Below, in pieces: positions 28,141 through 40,680 of a stretch of DNA of 64,000 bases. The stretch covers positions 1,656,616 through 1,720,615 of the forward strand of contig OZ245843.1 in the NCBI GenBank assembly GCA_965228875.1. Reading direction: 5' to 3'. The position numbers were made by a program, and so were the translations under genes. The notes below the pieces were generated by a model. It saw only the letters and a program-made list of their open reading frames with translations, was not told where the DNA came from and ran no database searches. Position 1 is the stretch's first letter, and each line of letters opens with the position of its first letter. The stretch comes from Thalassobaculaceae bacterium. Its GTDB lineage: Bacteria > Pseudomonadota > Alphaproteobacteria > Thalassobaculales > Thalassobaculaceae.

Positions 28141-29622
28141 TCAGCCCTCCCGCACCATGGCCGGCACGGCCTTGAAGTCCGCCGCACGCTCCAGCGCCCG
28201 GCCGACCCGAACCACCGAACCCTCGTCGAACATGCGGCCCAGCACCTGCAGTCCCAGCGGCAGGCCCCGAGCCGACAGGCCGGCCGGAACCGAGATCCCC
28301 GGCAGCCCGGCGAGGCTGGCGGGCACGGTGAATACGTCCTGCATGTACATCTTGACCGGATCGTCCTCGTTGTCGCCGATGGCGAAGGCATCCGACGGCG
28401 CCGTCGGCGTCAGGATCGCGTCCACCGTCTCGAAGGCCTGGTCGAAATCGCGGCGCAGCAGCGCGCGAACCTTCTGGGCCTTCAGGTAGTAGGCGTCGTA
28501 ATAGCCGGCGGACAGCACGTAGGTGCCGATCAGCACCCGGCGCTGCACCTCGGCCCCGAAACCCTCGCCGCGGGTATTGGCATACATCTCCGCCAGGCTG
28601 TCGCCGTCGACCCGCAGGCCGTAGCGCACGCCGTCGTAGCGCGCCAGGTTCGACGACGCTTCGGCCGGGGCGATGATGTAGTAGGTCGGCAGCGCGTACT
28701 TGGTGTGGGCGAGCGAGATGTCGACGATCTCCGCACCCTCCGCCTTCAGCCAGTCGATACCCTGCTGCCAGACCGCCGAGATCTCGTCGGGCAGGCCGTC
28801 GACCCGGTACTCGGCGGGGACTCCGATCTTCAGGCCCTTCACGCCCCGGTCCAGCGCCGCCGTGAGATCGGGCATCGCCTCCGCGGCCGACGTCGAGTCC
28901 TTGGGATCGTGCCCGGCCATCGCCTGAAGCATGATCGCCGCGTCCTCGACCGTGCGGGTCATCGGCCCGGCCTGGTCCAGCGACGAGGCGAAGGCGACGA
29001 TGCCCCAACGCGAGCAGCGCCCGTAGGTCGGCTTCATGCCGACGATGCCGGAGAAGCTGGCCGGCTGGCGGATCGAGCCGCCGGTATCGGTCCCGGTCGC
29101 CGCGAGCGCCGACCGCGCGGCCACCGCCGCCGCCGACCCGCCGGAGGAGCCGCCCGGCACGCGCTTGCGGTCCGGCTCGTCGGTCGACCGCCACGGATTC
29201 TCGACTGCGCCGTAATACGAGGTGACGTTGGATGAGCCCATGGCGAACTCGTCCAGATTGGTCTTGCCGAGCAGGACGGCGCCGGCGTCCCACAGATTGG
29301 CGGTCACCGTCGCCTCGTAGGGCGGCACGAACCCGTCGAGAATATGGCTGGCGGCCGTGGTCGGCACGCCCTCGGTGCAGAACAGGTCCTTGATGGCGAG
29401 CGGGATTCCCTCCAACGTCCCGCCTTCGCCCCTGGCCAGGCGCGCATCGGCCTGCTCGGCCATCTGCAGCGCCTTGTCCGGCGTGGTGGCGATGTAGGCG
29501 TTCAGATCCGCCGTCGCCTCCATGCGGGCGATATAGGCCTTGGTGAGCTCGGTCGAGGAGATTTCCTTCGAGGCGAGCTTCGCCCTGGCGTCGGCCAGGG
29601 TCAGGTCCAGAAGATCGCTCAT
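28141..29622 (-). CDS. gatA: Asp/Glu-tRNA amidotransferase subunit A
   Basis: [34 protein letters not shown] and SSNLARYDG. Confidence 0.98.
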   Translation of the reverse strand: MSDLLDLTLADARAKLASKEISSTELTKAYIARMEATADLNAYIATTPDKALQMAEQADARLARGEGGTLEGIPLAIKDLFCTEGVPTTAASHILDGFVPPYEATVTANLWDAGAVLLGKTNLDEFAMGSSNVTSYYGAVENPWRSTDEPDRKRVPGGSSGGSAAAVAARSALAATGTDTGGSIRQPASFSGIVGMKPTYGRCSRWGIVAFASSLDQAGPMTRTVEDAAIMLQAMAGHDPKDSTSAAEAMPDLTAALDRGVKGLKIGVPAEYRVDGLPDEISAVWQQGIDWLKAEGAEIVDISLAHTKYALPTYYIIAPAEASSNLARYDGVRYGLRVDGDSLAEMYANTRGEGFGAEVQRRVLIGTYVLSAGYYDAYYLKAQKVRALLRRDFDQAFETVDAILTPTAPSDAFAIGDNEDDPVKMYMQDVFTVPASLAGLPGISVPAGLSARGLPLGLQVLGRMFDEGSVVRVGRALERAADFKAVPAMVREG

Positions 29623-29909
29623 CACTCGACCACCTTCGGCACGACATAGAACCCATGGGCCGCTTCCGACGCGTTCGCCGTGACCCGCGCCTGATAACCG
29701 CCGTCGGTGACCGCGTCCTCGCGCTGGGGCAGGCTGTGACCGGTCACGCTGGCGAGCGGTTCGACGCCGGAGGTGTCGACCTCGTCCAGCTGCTCGACGA
29801 AGCCGAGAATGGCGTTCAGGTCGCCGACCATCGCCTCCAGGCGATCGTCCGGGACCCTGATGCGGGCGAGGTTCGCGATGGACGCGACAGTGGCCTTGTC
29901 GAGCGACAT
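29622..29909 (-). CDS. gatC: Asp/Glu-tRNA amidotransferase subunit C
   Basis: IANLARI...[13 protein letters not shown]...YVVPKVVE. Confidence 0.97.
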   Translation of the reverse strand: MSLDKATVASIANLARIRVPDDRLEAMVGDLNAILGFVEQLDEVDTSGVEPLASVTGHSLPQREDAVTDGGYQARVTANASEAAHGFYVVPKVVE

Positions 29910-29947
29910 GGGCTAAGACCGATCCAGTTATTCTCAGGAACGCTAAA

Positions 29948-29969
29948 AAACGGCGGAAATCCGCCGTTT
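29948..29969. repeat. Perfect inverted repeat between divergent gatC and ruvX
   Basis: aaacggcgga-aa-tccgccgttt. On the minus strand the stem is followed by T6. Confidence 0.7.
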
Positions 29970-29994
29970 GGAAGCGCGGAAGCTAGCACCGCCC

Positions 29995-30453
29995 ATGCCC
30001 GTCTGCAAGCCCGGCGACCTGGTTCGCCTCCTCGCCCCCGGATCCCGTCTCATCGGGCTGGATTTCGGCACCAAGACCATCGGAGTGGCGATCTCCGACG
30101 CCGCCCTGCGTGTCGCCGCGCCGGTGACGACGATCCGTCGCCGCAAGTTCTCGACTGACGCCGAAGAGCTTATCAAGATCGTCGAGAGCCGCGGCGTCGG
30201 CGGCTTCGTGGTCGGTCTGCCGCTGAACATGGATGGCACCGAGGGCCCGCGCTGCCAGTCGACCCGCGACCTGACCGCCGAGCTGCTGCTTCGCCGCGAC
30301 CTGCCGACCATCTTCCAGGACGAGCGGATGAGCAGCCAGGCGGTCGAGCGCGCGATGATCGGAGAGGCCGACCTGAGCCGCAAGCGGCGCAAGGAATCGA
30401 TCGACGCGGCGGCCGCCGCCTACATCCTCCAGTCGGCCCTCGATGCGCTCTGA
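29995..30453 (+). CDS. ruvX: YqgF/RuvX pre-16S rRNA nuclease
   Basis: GLDFGTKTIGVAISD, VGLPLNMDG, DERMSS and IDAAAAAYILQ. Confidence 0.95.
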   Translation: MPVCKPGDLVRLLAPGSRLIGLDFGTKTIGVAISDAALRVAAPVTTIRRRKFSTDAEELIKIVESRGVGGFVVGLPLNMDGTEGPRCQSTRDLTAELLLRRDLPTIFQDERMSSQAVERAMIGEADLSRKRRKESIDAAAAAYILQSALDAL

Positions 30454-30505
30454 GATCGGCCGCGCCGTGCCCGGGCGACAGGCCGCCATCCGGTCGGCCT
30501 GAGCA

Positions 30506-31288
30506 ATGCTGGCCAGGGTCCATCGAGCGCTGACGTCGCCGGAGCAGGCCCGTGACCTGGCGGCCCGGATCGATGCGGCGCACGGCCCCTTCTCCCACGA
30601 CGTCAGCGCCAAGATGAACCTGCTCAGCCTGACGCCGGACGATGCCGGGTTCGCGGCCAAGGCCGCACTCGCGCAGCACATCCTGATCTGGTTCTGGAGC
30701 GGACCGCTGCCCGCCGTTGCCGCCGGCCTGCTGGGCGCCCAGCCGGTGCTGCTGAACACCCACTGCACGGCCCGTCACCAGGCGCCGCGCGACCCGGCGG
30801 AGAACGTCGCCTGGCATCTGGACGCCAACTTCTGGGGTTTCGAGACGCCGCTGCTGACGATCTGGCTGTCGCTGACCCCGTCCGGACGCGACGCGCGGGG
30901 CCTGGAGCTGGCCCTGCCGTACTCCCGCCCGACGGACTCCGAGATGGAACGGGCCTACTTGCCGGTGGCCCGCGCGAAGCGGGAGGCAGGCCGGCCGATC
31001 TCCGTCACCGACGACGAGATGGCCGCGATGATCGGACCGGTGCGCACCCGCGCGCCGGCGATGGCACCCGGCGACGCCCTGATCTTCGACCAGACCGTGC
31101 TCCACCGGACCCAGCTCGACGGAACGGCGACCCGGCCGCGGCTGGCGGTCGAGTTCCGGATCGCGCCGCGCAGCCCGCTCCCGGCGGCGGCGGCCACCGA
31201 CATGGCCAGCCTCATGACCTCGTTCGTCGACCCCGCCTCCGGCCGCGCCGTCCAGGCCCGGCTGGGCGATCTGCCGGCGACGGCCTGA
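30506..31288 (+). CDS. Divergent phytanoyl-CoA dioxygenase-like Fe(II)/2OG oxygenase
   Basis: AWHLD, TIWLSL, PGDALIFDQTVLHRT and R.AVEFR. Confidence 0.75.
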   Translation: MLARVHRALTSPEQARDLAARIDAAHGPFSHDVSAKMNLLSLTPDDAGFAAKAALAQHILIWFWSGPLPAVAAGLLGAQPVLLNTHCTARHQAPRDPAENVAWHLDANFWGFETPLLTIWLSLTPSGRDARGLELALPYSRPTDSEMERAYLPVARAKREAGRPISVTDDEMAAMIGPVRTRAPAMAPGDALIFDQTVLHRTQLDGTATRPRLAVEFRIAPRSPLPAAAATDMASLMTSFVDPASGRAVQARLGDLPATA

Positions 31289-31302
31289 ACCGGACCCGCC
31301 CC

Positions 31303-32214
31303 ATGGCCGCCTCGATAACCGCGCTCGCACCCGTGTTCGGCCTGATCGTCCTCGGCGCCATCCTGGGGCGGATCGGCCCGTTCGGCGACGACGGCTGGCG
31401 GGCGATCGAGCAGCTCACCTACTGGCTGCTGCTGCCGGCTCTCCTGCTGCTGAAGCTCGGGGCGACGGACCTTTCCGGCTACACGATCGGCCCGATGGTG
31501 ATCGCCATGGCGGGCGCGGTGCTGCTGGCCACGGCCGGCCTGCTGGCGATCTACCGCCTCACCGGAATCGGCGGCCCGGCCTATACCAGCGTCATCCAGG
31601 GGGCGATCCGCCAGAATACCTATATCGGCGTGGCCAGCGTCGGCGCGCTCTACGGGGCCGCCGGCGAGGCGCTCGCCGCCGTCGGCATCGCCGCGGTGAT
31701 CCCGCTGGTGAACTCGCTGTCGATCTGGGTGCTGACGCGCATGGCCGGGCAGACACCGCTGACCGGCCTGCAGGTGCTGTGGGCGATGCTGAAGAACCCG
31801 ATCTTCGTCGCCTGCATCCTCGGCATCGGGCTCAACGCCACAGGCATCGGCATCCACCCGCTGATCGCCGAGGGGCTGGACCTGCTGGCCGGCGCGGCCC
31901 TGGCCCTGGGCCTGCTGGCGGTCGGCGCCGGGTTGAGGTTCGCCGTACTCAGGACCGGATGGCCGGCGTTGCTGCTGTCGAACGCGGTCAAGCTGATCGC
32001 CCTTCCGGCGCTGACCCTGGCGCTGGCGGCGCCCCTCGGCCTGAGCGGGGTGGCCCTGGCGGTGGCGGTGCTGTTCAACGCCCTGCCCAGTTCGGCCTCG
32101 AGCTACGTCTTCGCCCGCCAGCTCGGTGGCGATCACGAGTTGATGGCCGCGATCCTGACCACCCAGGTGATCATGGCGGCGGTCACCCTGCCGGTGTTCC
32201 TGGCGCTGGTGTGA
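31303..32214 (+). CDS. AEC (auxin efflux carrier) family transporter
   Basis: About 10 TM helices; PALL, N.YIG, KNP and P.SASSYVFARQLGGD. Confidence 0.9.
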   Translation: MAASITALAPVFGLIVLGAILGRIGPFGDDGWRAIEQLTYWLLLPALLLLKLGATDLSGYTIGPMVIAMAGAVLLATAGLLAIYRLTGIGGPAYTSVIQGAIRQNTYIGVASVGALYGAAGEALAAVGIAAVIPLVNSLSIWVLTRMAGQTPLTGLQVLWAMLKNPIFVACILGIGLNATGIGIHPLIAEGLDLLAGAALALGLLAVGAGLRFAVLRTGWPALLLSNAVKLIALPALTLALAAPLGLSGVALAVAVLFNALPSSASSYVFARQLGGDHELMAAILTTQVIMAAVTLPVFLALV

Positions 32215-32331
32215 CAGGGGCCGGGTCAGCCGCGAAGAAGTTCACCCAGTGAAACCGCACCAACCGACCCGTTGCCCCCTCTGCCGGCCTGATCTACCAA
32301 GTCACTCCCGCCGACCGCCGAGGCCCGCCGC

Positions 32332-33570
32332 ATGACCGACACGCCCCCCGCCACGCCGATGGCCCTGGACGGCGTCCGCATCGTCGACGCCTCGCGCATC
32401 CTGGCCGCGCCGATCGCCACCCAGACCCTGGGCGATCTCGGCGCCGACGTGATCAAGATCGAGCGGCCGGAGACCGGCGACGACATCCGGCGCTGGGGCC
32501 CGCCCTTCCTCAAGGACGGCGACGGCAACGACACCTCGGAGAGCGCCTACTACCTCGGCACCAATCGGAACAAGCGGTCGATCACCCTGGACTTCACCCG
32601 GGCGGAGGGCCGCGAGGTGCTCTTCAAGCTGCTGGAGACCGCAGACGTCTTCGTCGAGAACTACAAGGTCGGCGACCTGGCGCGCCACGGCCTCGCATAC
32701 GACCAGATCCGGGAGCGGTTCCCGCGTCTGGTCTATGCCAGCGTTACCGGTTTCGGGCAGACCGGCCCCTACGCGCCGCGGCCGGGCTACGATCTGCTGG
32801 CCCAGGCCATGGGCGGGATCATGAGCGTCACCGGCGACCCGGCCGGGCAGCCGACCAAGGTGGGCGTCGCCATCGCCGACATGATGACCGGCATGTACAC
32901 CACCAGTGCCATCCTGGCGGCGCTCCGTCATCGCGACCTGACCGGCAGGGGCCAGCACATCGACGCCGCCCTGCTCGATACACAGGTCGCCTGGCTGATG
33001 AACCAGGCGATGAACTACCTGGTCGGCGGCGTGGTCCCCGGCCGCCTCGGCAACGCCCATCCGAACGTCGCCCCCTATGAGGTGTTCGCCAGTGCCGACG
33101 GGTTCGTCATTGTCGGCTGCGGCTCCGACAGACAGTTCCGCGCCTTCCTCACGGTCGCCGGCCGCGAGGAGGTGGCCGACGACCCGCGTTTCGTCGACAA
33201 CGCGGCGCGCCTCGCCAACGTGGAGGACCTGCGCCGGGTGCTCGGCGAGATCGTCGCCACGCGGGCGACCGACGACTGGGTCTCGGCGCTTGAGGCGGTC
33301 AAGGTCCCGTGCGGGCCGGTCAACACCATCGACCGGGTGTTCGCCGACCCGCAGGTCCAGGCCCGCGGCATGGCCATCGGCATCCCCGGCCACGCCCTCA
33401 CCCCCGACGCGGTGCCAGCGATCGCCTATCCGTTGAAACTGTCGGAGACGCCGGCGACATATCGGCGCCCGCCGCCGATTCTAGGCCAGCACACCGAGCA
33501 GGTGCTGACCGAGGACATCGGTCTCGACGCCGCGGCGGTCGCCAAGCTGCGGCAGGAAAAGGTGATCTGA
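32332..33570 (+). CDS. CaiB/BaiF family III CoA-transferase
   Basis: LGADVIKIE, NRNKRSITLD, GFGQTGPY..RPGYD and AIADM. Confidence 0.95.
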   Translation: MTDTPPATPMALDGVRIVDASRILAAPIATQTLGDLGADVIKIERPETGDDIRRWGPPFLKDGDGNDTSESAYYLGTNRNKRSITLDFTRAEGREVLFKLLETADVFVENYKVGDLARHGLAYDQIRERFPRLVYASVTGFGQTGPYAPRPGYDLLAQAMGGIMSVTGDPAGQPTKVGVAIADMMTGMYTTSAILAALRHRDLTGRGQHIDAALLDTQVAWLMNQAMNYLVGGVVPGRLGNAHPNVAPYEVFASADGFVIVGCGSDRQFRAFLTVAGREEVADDPRFVDNAARLANVEDLRRVLGEIVATRATDDWVSALEAVKVPCGPVNTIDRVFADPQVQARGMAIGIPGHALTPDAVPAIAYPLKLSETPATYRRPPPILGQHTEQVLTEDIGLDAAAVAKLRQEKVI

Positions 33571-33627
33571 CGGGCGGGCGCCGGCGCGGTTGCCCCCGAT
33601 CCCAACGAGGCCTATACAGCCCCTTTA

Positions 33628-34641
33628 ATGACCGATGCCATTTCCCCCTTCGCCGCGCCGGCATCCGACGATGACGGCCGGACGTACCCGCACCGCCACC
33701 TGCTCGGTATCGAGGGGCTGACTCGGCCCGATATCGACCTTCTGCTCGACCGGTCCGAACGGTTCGTCGACCAGAACCGCCAGCTCGATAAGAAAGTGTC
33801 GAGCCTGCGCGGGCGTACGGTGATCAACCTGTTCTTCGAGAACTCCACCCGGACGCGGACCAGCTTCGAGCTGGCCGGCAAGCGGCTCGGCGGCGACGTG
33901 ATCAACATGTCGATCGGCACGTCCTCGATCAAAAAGGGCGAGACCCTGATCGACACGGCGATGACCCTGAACGCCATGCATCCGGACGCCCTGGTGGTGC
34001 GGCACGCGGAATCTGGCGCGGTGCACCTGCTGGCCGAGAAGGTCAACTGCGCGGTGATCAACGCCGGCGACGGCAGCCACGAGCACCCGACCCAGGCGCT
34101 GCTCGACGCGCTGACGATCCGGCGGCGCAAGGGCCATCTGGAGGGTCTCGAGGTGGCGATCTGCGGCGACGTCGCCCATAGCCGGGTGGCGCGCTCCAAC
34201 ATCCACCTGCTCTCGGTGATGGGCGCCCGGATCCGGGTCGTCGCCCCGCCGACCCTGCTGCCCAGCGGCATCGAGCGGATGGGAGTGGAGGTGCACCACG
34301 ACATGGAGCGGGGCATCGCCGGTTGCGACATCGTCATGATGCTGCGCCTGCAGACCGAACGCATGAAGGGCAGCTTCGTGCCGTCGGTGCGCGAGTACTT
34401 TCACTATTTCGGCCTCGACGTGGACAAGCTGCAGGCGGCCAAGCCGGATGCGCTCATCATGCATCCGGGCCCGATGAACCGGGGCGTGGAGATCGACAGT
34501 CTGGTCGCCGACGACATCGACCGCTCGCTGATCCGCGAACAGGTGGAGATGGGCGTCGCGGTGCGCATGGCGGTGCTCGAGATCCTGGTCCGAAATCAGA
34601 CGGAACCCTGGGCCCAGAACGCGGGTGTGAACGTACGATGA
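33628..34641 (+). CDS. pyrB: Aspartate carbamoyltransferase catalytic subunit
   Basis: [29 protein letters not shown] and HPGP.NRG. Confidence 0.97.
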   Translation: MTDAISPFAAPASDDDGRTYPHRHLLGIEGLTRPDIDLLLDRSERFVDQNRQLDKKVSSLRGRTVINLFFENSTRTRTSFELAGKRLGGDVINMSIGTSSIKKGETLIDTAMTLNAMHPDALVVRHAESGAVHLLAEKVNCAVINAGDGSHEHPTQALLDALTIRRRKGHLEGLEVAICGDVAHSRVARSNIHLLSVMGARIRVVAPPTLLPSGIERMGVEVHHDMERGIAGCDIVMMLRLQTERMKGSFVPSVREYFHYFGLDVDKLQAAKPDALIMHPGPMNRGVEIDSLVADDIDRSLIREQVEMGVAVRMAVLEILVRNQTEPWAQNAGVNVR

Positions 34642-35972
34642 GGCCGACCCTCTACAAGAATGCCCGCCTGCTCGACCCGGAGAGCGGCCTCGATGCGAAG
34701 GGCGGGCTGCTGGTGCGCGACGGCAAGATCGCCGAGGTCGGCGCCCAGGTCTTCGTCGACGCCATCCAGGACGACGTGGAGGTTGTGGACTGCGCCGGCC
34801 GCTGTCTCGCCCCCGGGCTGGTCGACATGCGGGTCCAGGTGCGCGAGCCCGGCGACGAGCATATGGAGACCCTGGCCTCGGTCCAGCGCGCGGCCGCCGC
34901 CGGCGGGGCGACGACGATCGCGACCCTTCCGAACACCAACCCGATCATCGACGACGTCTCGCTCCTGGAATTCGTCGAGCGCCGCGCGCTCGAGGTCGGG
35001 CTCGCCAACGTCCATCCCTACGCCGCCGCAACGAAGGGGCTGCGCGGCGAGGAGATGACCGAATTCGGCATGCTGGCCGACAGCGGCGCCGTCGCCTTCA
35101 CCGACGGCGAACGGGCGATCGGCGACGCCATGGTCATGCGCCGCGCCCTGTCCTATGCCAGCATCTTCGGCCGGCCGATCGTCCAGCACCCGGAAATCCC
35201 GGCCCTGGCCCGCGAGGGATGCGCCACCGAGGGCGAGACCGCCACCCGCCTCGGCCTCGCCGGCATCCCGGCCGTCGCCGAGGTGATGATGGTCGAACGC
35301 GACCTGCGCCTCGTCGAGCTCACCGGCGGGCGCTACCACGCCGCTCACCTTTCGACCGCCGCCGCCATCGACGCGATCCGGAATGCCAAAGCGCGGGGGC
35401 TGCCGGTGACCTGCGATACGGCGCCGCCGTATTTCGCCCTGAACGAGGGTGCGGTCATGGAGTATCGGACGTTCGCCAGGCTGTCGCCGCCGCTGCGCAG
35501 CGAGACCGACCGGCTCGCGGTGATCGCCGGCCTCGCCGACGGCACCATCGACGCCATCGCCAGCGACCACGCCCCGCTCGACCAGGACAGCAAGCGCGTC
35601 CCCTTCGCCCAGGCGCTCCCCGGCGGCGTCGGCCTGGAGACGCTGATGCCGGTGAGCCTGGAACTGGTGCACACTGGCGCCATGGACCTGATCGACGTGC
35701 TGCACCGGCTCACCGTCGCCCCGGCCCGGATCCTGGGCCTGCCCTATGGAACGCTGACCCGCGGCGGCGACGCGGACGTGGTAATCTTCGACCTCAACCG
35801 GGCCGGCAAGGTCGATCCGGATCGTTTCGCCTCCAAGTCGCGGAACACGCCGTTCGACGGCCGCCCTGTCGAGGGGCGGGTCTGGCGGACGGTGTACCGC
35901 GGGCGCTGCGTCTACGACGCCGATGCCGAACCGCCGCTTCCGACACGACGCAGGATGATGGCCGATGCCTGA
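34638..35972 (+). CDS. pyrC: Dihydroorotase or dihydroorotase-like (PyrC-prime) protein
   Basis: PGLVDM, PNTNP, FTDG, SDHAP and SRNTPF. ATGA overlap with pyrB. The HxH metal motif is replaced by RVQ. Confidence 0.9.
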   Translation: MRPTLYKNARLLDPESGLDAKGGLLVRDGKIAEVGAQVFVDAIQDDVEVVDCAGRCLAPGLVDMRVQVREPGDEHMETLASVQRAAAAGGATTIATLPNTNPIIDDVSLLEFVERRALEVGLANVHPYAAATKGLRGEEMTEFGMLADSGAVAFTDGERAIGDAMVMRRALSYASIFGRPIVQHPEIPALAREGCATEGETATRLGLAGIPAVAEVMMVERDLRLVELTGGRYHAAHLSTAAAIDAIRNAKARGLPVTCDTAPPYFALNEGAVMEYRTFARLSPPLRSETDRLAVIAGLADGTIDAIASDHAPLDQDSKRVPFAQALPGGVGLETLMPVSLELVHTGAMDLIDVLHRLTVAPARILGLPYGTLTRGGDADVVIFDLNRAGKVDPDRFASKSRNTPFDGRPVEGRVWRTVYRGRCVYDADAEPPLPTRRRMMADA

Positions 35973-36582
35973 TCCGATGGGACCGCTCGAATTCACCTGG
36001 CCGTTCTACGCCGGCTTCCTGCTCGCCTATCTGCTGGGATCGATTCCGTTCGGCCTGCTGCTCACACGGCTGGCCGGGCTCGGAGACATCCGCGCCATCG
36101 GGTCGCGCAACATCGGCGCAACCAACGTGCTGCGCACCGGCCGCCGGGAGCTGGCCGCCGCGACCCTGCTGCTCGATGGCGGCAAGGGAGCGGCCGCCGT
36201 GGCCGTCGGCTGGCAGTTCGGCGCCGACATGGCCGTCCTCGCCGCCGCCGGCGCCGTCCTGGGCCACTGCTTCCCGGTCTGGCTACGGTTCAGGGGCGGC
36301 AAGGGCGTCGCGACCGCCATCGGCGTCTGGCTCGCCCTCGTGCCCAATGTCGGCGTCCTGGTCTGCGGGCTCTGGCTGCTGATCGCCGGCGTGTTCCGCT
36401 ACTCCTCGGCCGCGAGCCTGTTCTCGCTGGCGGTCGCGCCGTTCCTCGCCTGGCATCTGGAGGGGCCGCAGTTCGCCCAGGTCGGCGGGTTCGTCGCCGT
36501 CCTTGTCTGGCTGCGCCACCATCAGAACATCCGCCGCCTGGTGAAGGGCGAGGAGAGCCGGATCAGCTTCAAACGCAAATGA
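35965..36582 (+). CDS. plsY: Acyl-phosphate:glycerol-3-phosphate acyltransferase
   Basis: YLLGSIPFG, GS.NIGATNVLR, GH.FP, GGKGVAT and H..NI.RL. Confidence 0.96.
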   Translation: MPDPMGPLEFTWPFYAGFLLAYLLGSIPFGLLLTRLAGLGDIRAIGSRNIGATNVLRTGRRELAAATLLLDGGKGAAAVAVGWQFGADMAVLAAAGAVLGHCFPVWLRFRGGKGVATAIGVWLALVPNVGVLVCGLWLLIAGVFRYSSAASLFSLAVAPFLAWHLEGPQFAQVGGFVAVLVWLRHHQNIRRLVKGEESRISFKRK

Positions 36583-36701
36583 CGCCGATGGTCCGGCGTC
36601 AGAGACGGACCCGATCTGGTGCCGATAGATCGGAACAGCGGCGGAATCATCCCCAGGCCCTGCCATAGCCCCGGCGTCCTTCACCGCCCGGGAGCCGGCC
36701 G

Positions 36702-37859
36702 ATGCCGCTCGACAAATCCCTTGCCCGCCACTGCGAAAGCGAACGTCTGGCCCGCCTGCGCCTGATCCGAACCGAGAATGTCGGGCCGGTGACTTTCCGC
36801 CACCTGATCGACCGGTTCGGCAGCGCGGAGCGGGCGATCGAGGCTCTGCCGGACCTTGCCCGCCGGGGCGGCCGCCGCCGGCCGCTCAAGGTGCCCGGCC
36901 CCGCCGCCGCCGAGCGGGAGATGGCCGAGAACGCCCGCATCGGTGCCCGCGTGCTGGTCTACGGCGATCCGGACTATCCGGCGGCGCTCGCCGCGATCGA
37001 GGACGCGCCAGCCACCCTGTCGGCGATCGGACCTGGTCTGCCGACGGTGAACCCCGTGCTCGCCATCGTCGGCGCGCGCAACGCCTCGATGAACGGACGG
37101 CGGCTGGCGGCGATGCTGGCCCGCGAGATCGGTGCCGGCGGCCATGTCATCGCCTCCGGCCTGGCGCGCGGCATCGACGGCGCCGCCCATGACGGCGCGC
37201 TGGAGAGCGGCACGATCGCGGTGGTCGCGGGCGGGATCGACGTCCTCTACCCGCCGGAGCATGCGGCACTTCACGACCGGATCGCGGAACAGGGCGCGAT
37301 CCTGGCGGAGCAACCGATTGGCACCGTGCCCCAGGCCCGTCATTTCCCATCGCGGAACCGCATTATCGCCGGGTTGAGCGTCGGCGTTCTGGTGGTCGAG
37401 GCGGCCTCCCGCTCGGGCTCGCTGATTACCGCCCGGCGGGCCCTGGATCAGGGGCGGGAGGTGTTCGCGGTTCCCGGCTCGCCGCTCGACCCGCGCTGCG
37501 CCGGGACCAACGGCCTGATCAAGGAGGGAGCGGCGTTCCTGGTCGAGTCCGCCGGCGATGTCCTTCGGATCCTGGACACCCTGCCGACACAAAATCTGCA
37601 GGCTCCGACGCCGGGGGACGCGGGGCTGTCAGAGGGGTCGGAAGCCCTTGAAACCCCCGCGCTCGCGGCCGACGGTCGGGTCCGGTGTCTCGTGCTCGAG
37701 GCGCTCGGCTCGGAACCGGTCCCGGTTGACGAACTGATCCGCGGGTGCCAATTGTCGGCTCCGATCGTCGCGACGGTACTTCTGGAGGCGGAGCTTGCGG
37801 GCCTCGTCGAGCGTCATCCGGGGAACCAGGTTTCGCGACGCGTGGATGCTCCGGCCTGA
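36702..37859 (+). CDS. dprA: DNA-processing protein DprA
   Basis: AIVGARNAS, SGLARGID, HFPSRNRII, SGSLITA and FAVPGSPLD. Confidence 0.96.
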   Translation: MPLDKSLARHCESERLARLRLIRTENVGPVTFRHLIDRFGSAERAIEALPDLARRGGRRRPLKVPGPAAAEREMAENARIGARVLVYGDPDYPAALAAIEDAPATLSAIGPGLPTVNPVLAIVGARNASMNGRRLAAMLAREIGAGGHVIASGLARGIDGAAHDGALESGTIAVVAGGIDVLYPPEHAALHDRIAEQGAILAEQPIGTVPQARHFPSRNRIIAGLSVGVLVVEAASRSGSLITARRALDQGREVFAVPGSPLDPRCAGTNGLIKEGAAFLVESAGDVLRILDTLPTQNLQAPTPGDAGLSEGSEALETPALAADGRVRCLVLEALGSEPVPVDELIRGCQLSAPIVATVLLEAELAGLVERHPGNQVSRRVDAPA

Positions 37860-37919
37860 CCGTGCGGCCATTCCGCCGACGGGCTTCTTGGCCGGACCCT
37901 GGGAAAGCGAACGGTTCGC

Positions 37920-40670
<2,751 letters not shown>

Positions 40671-40680
40671 GCTGGGCGAC

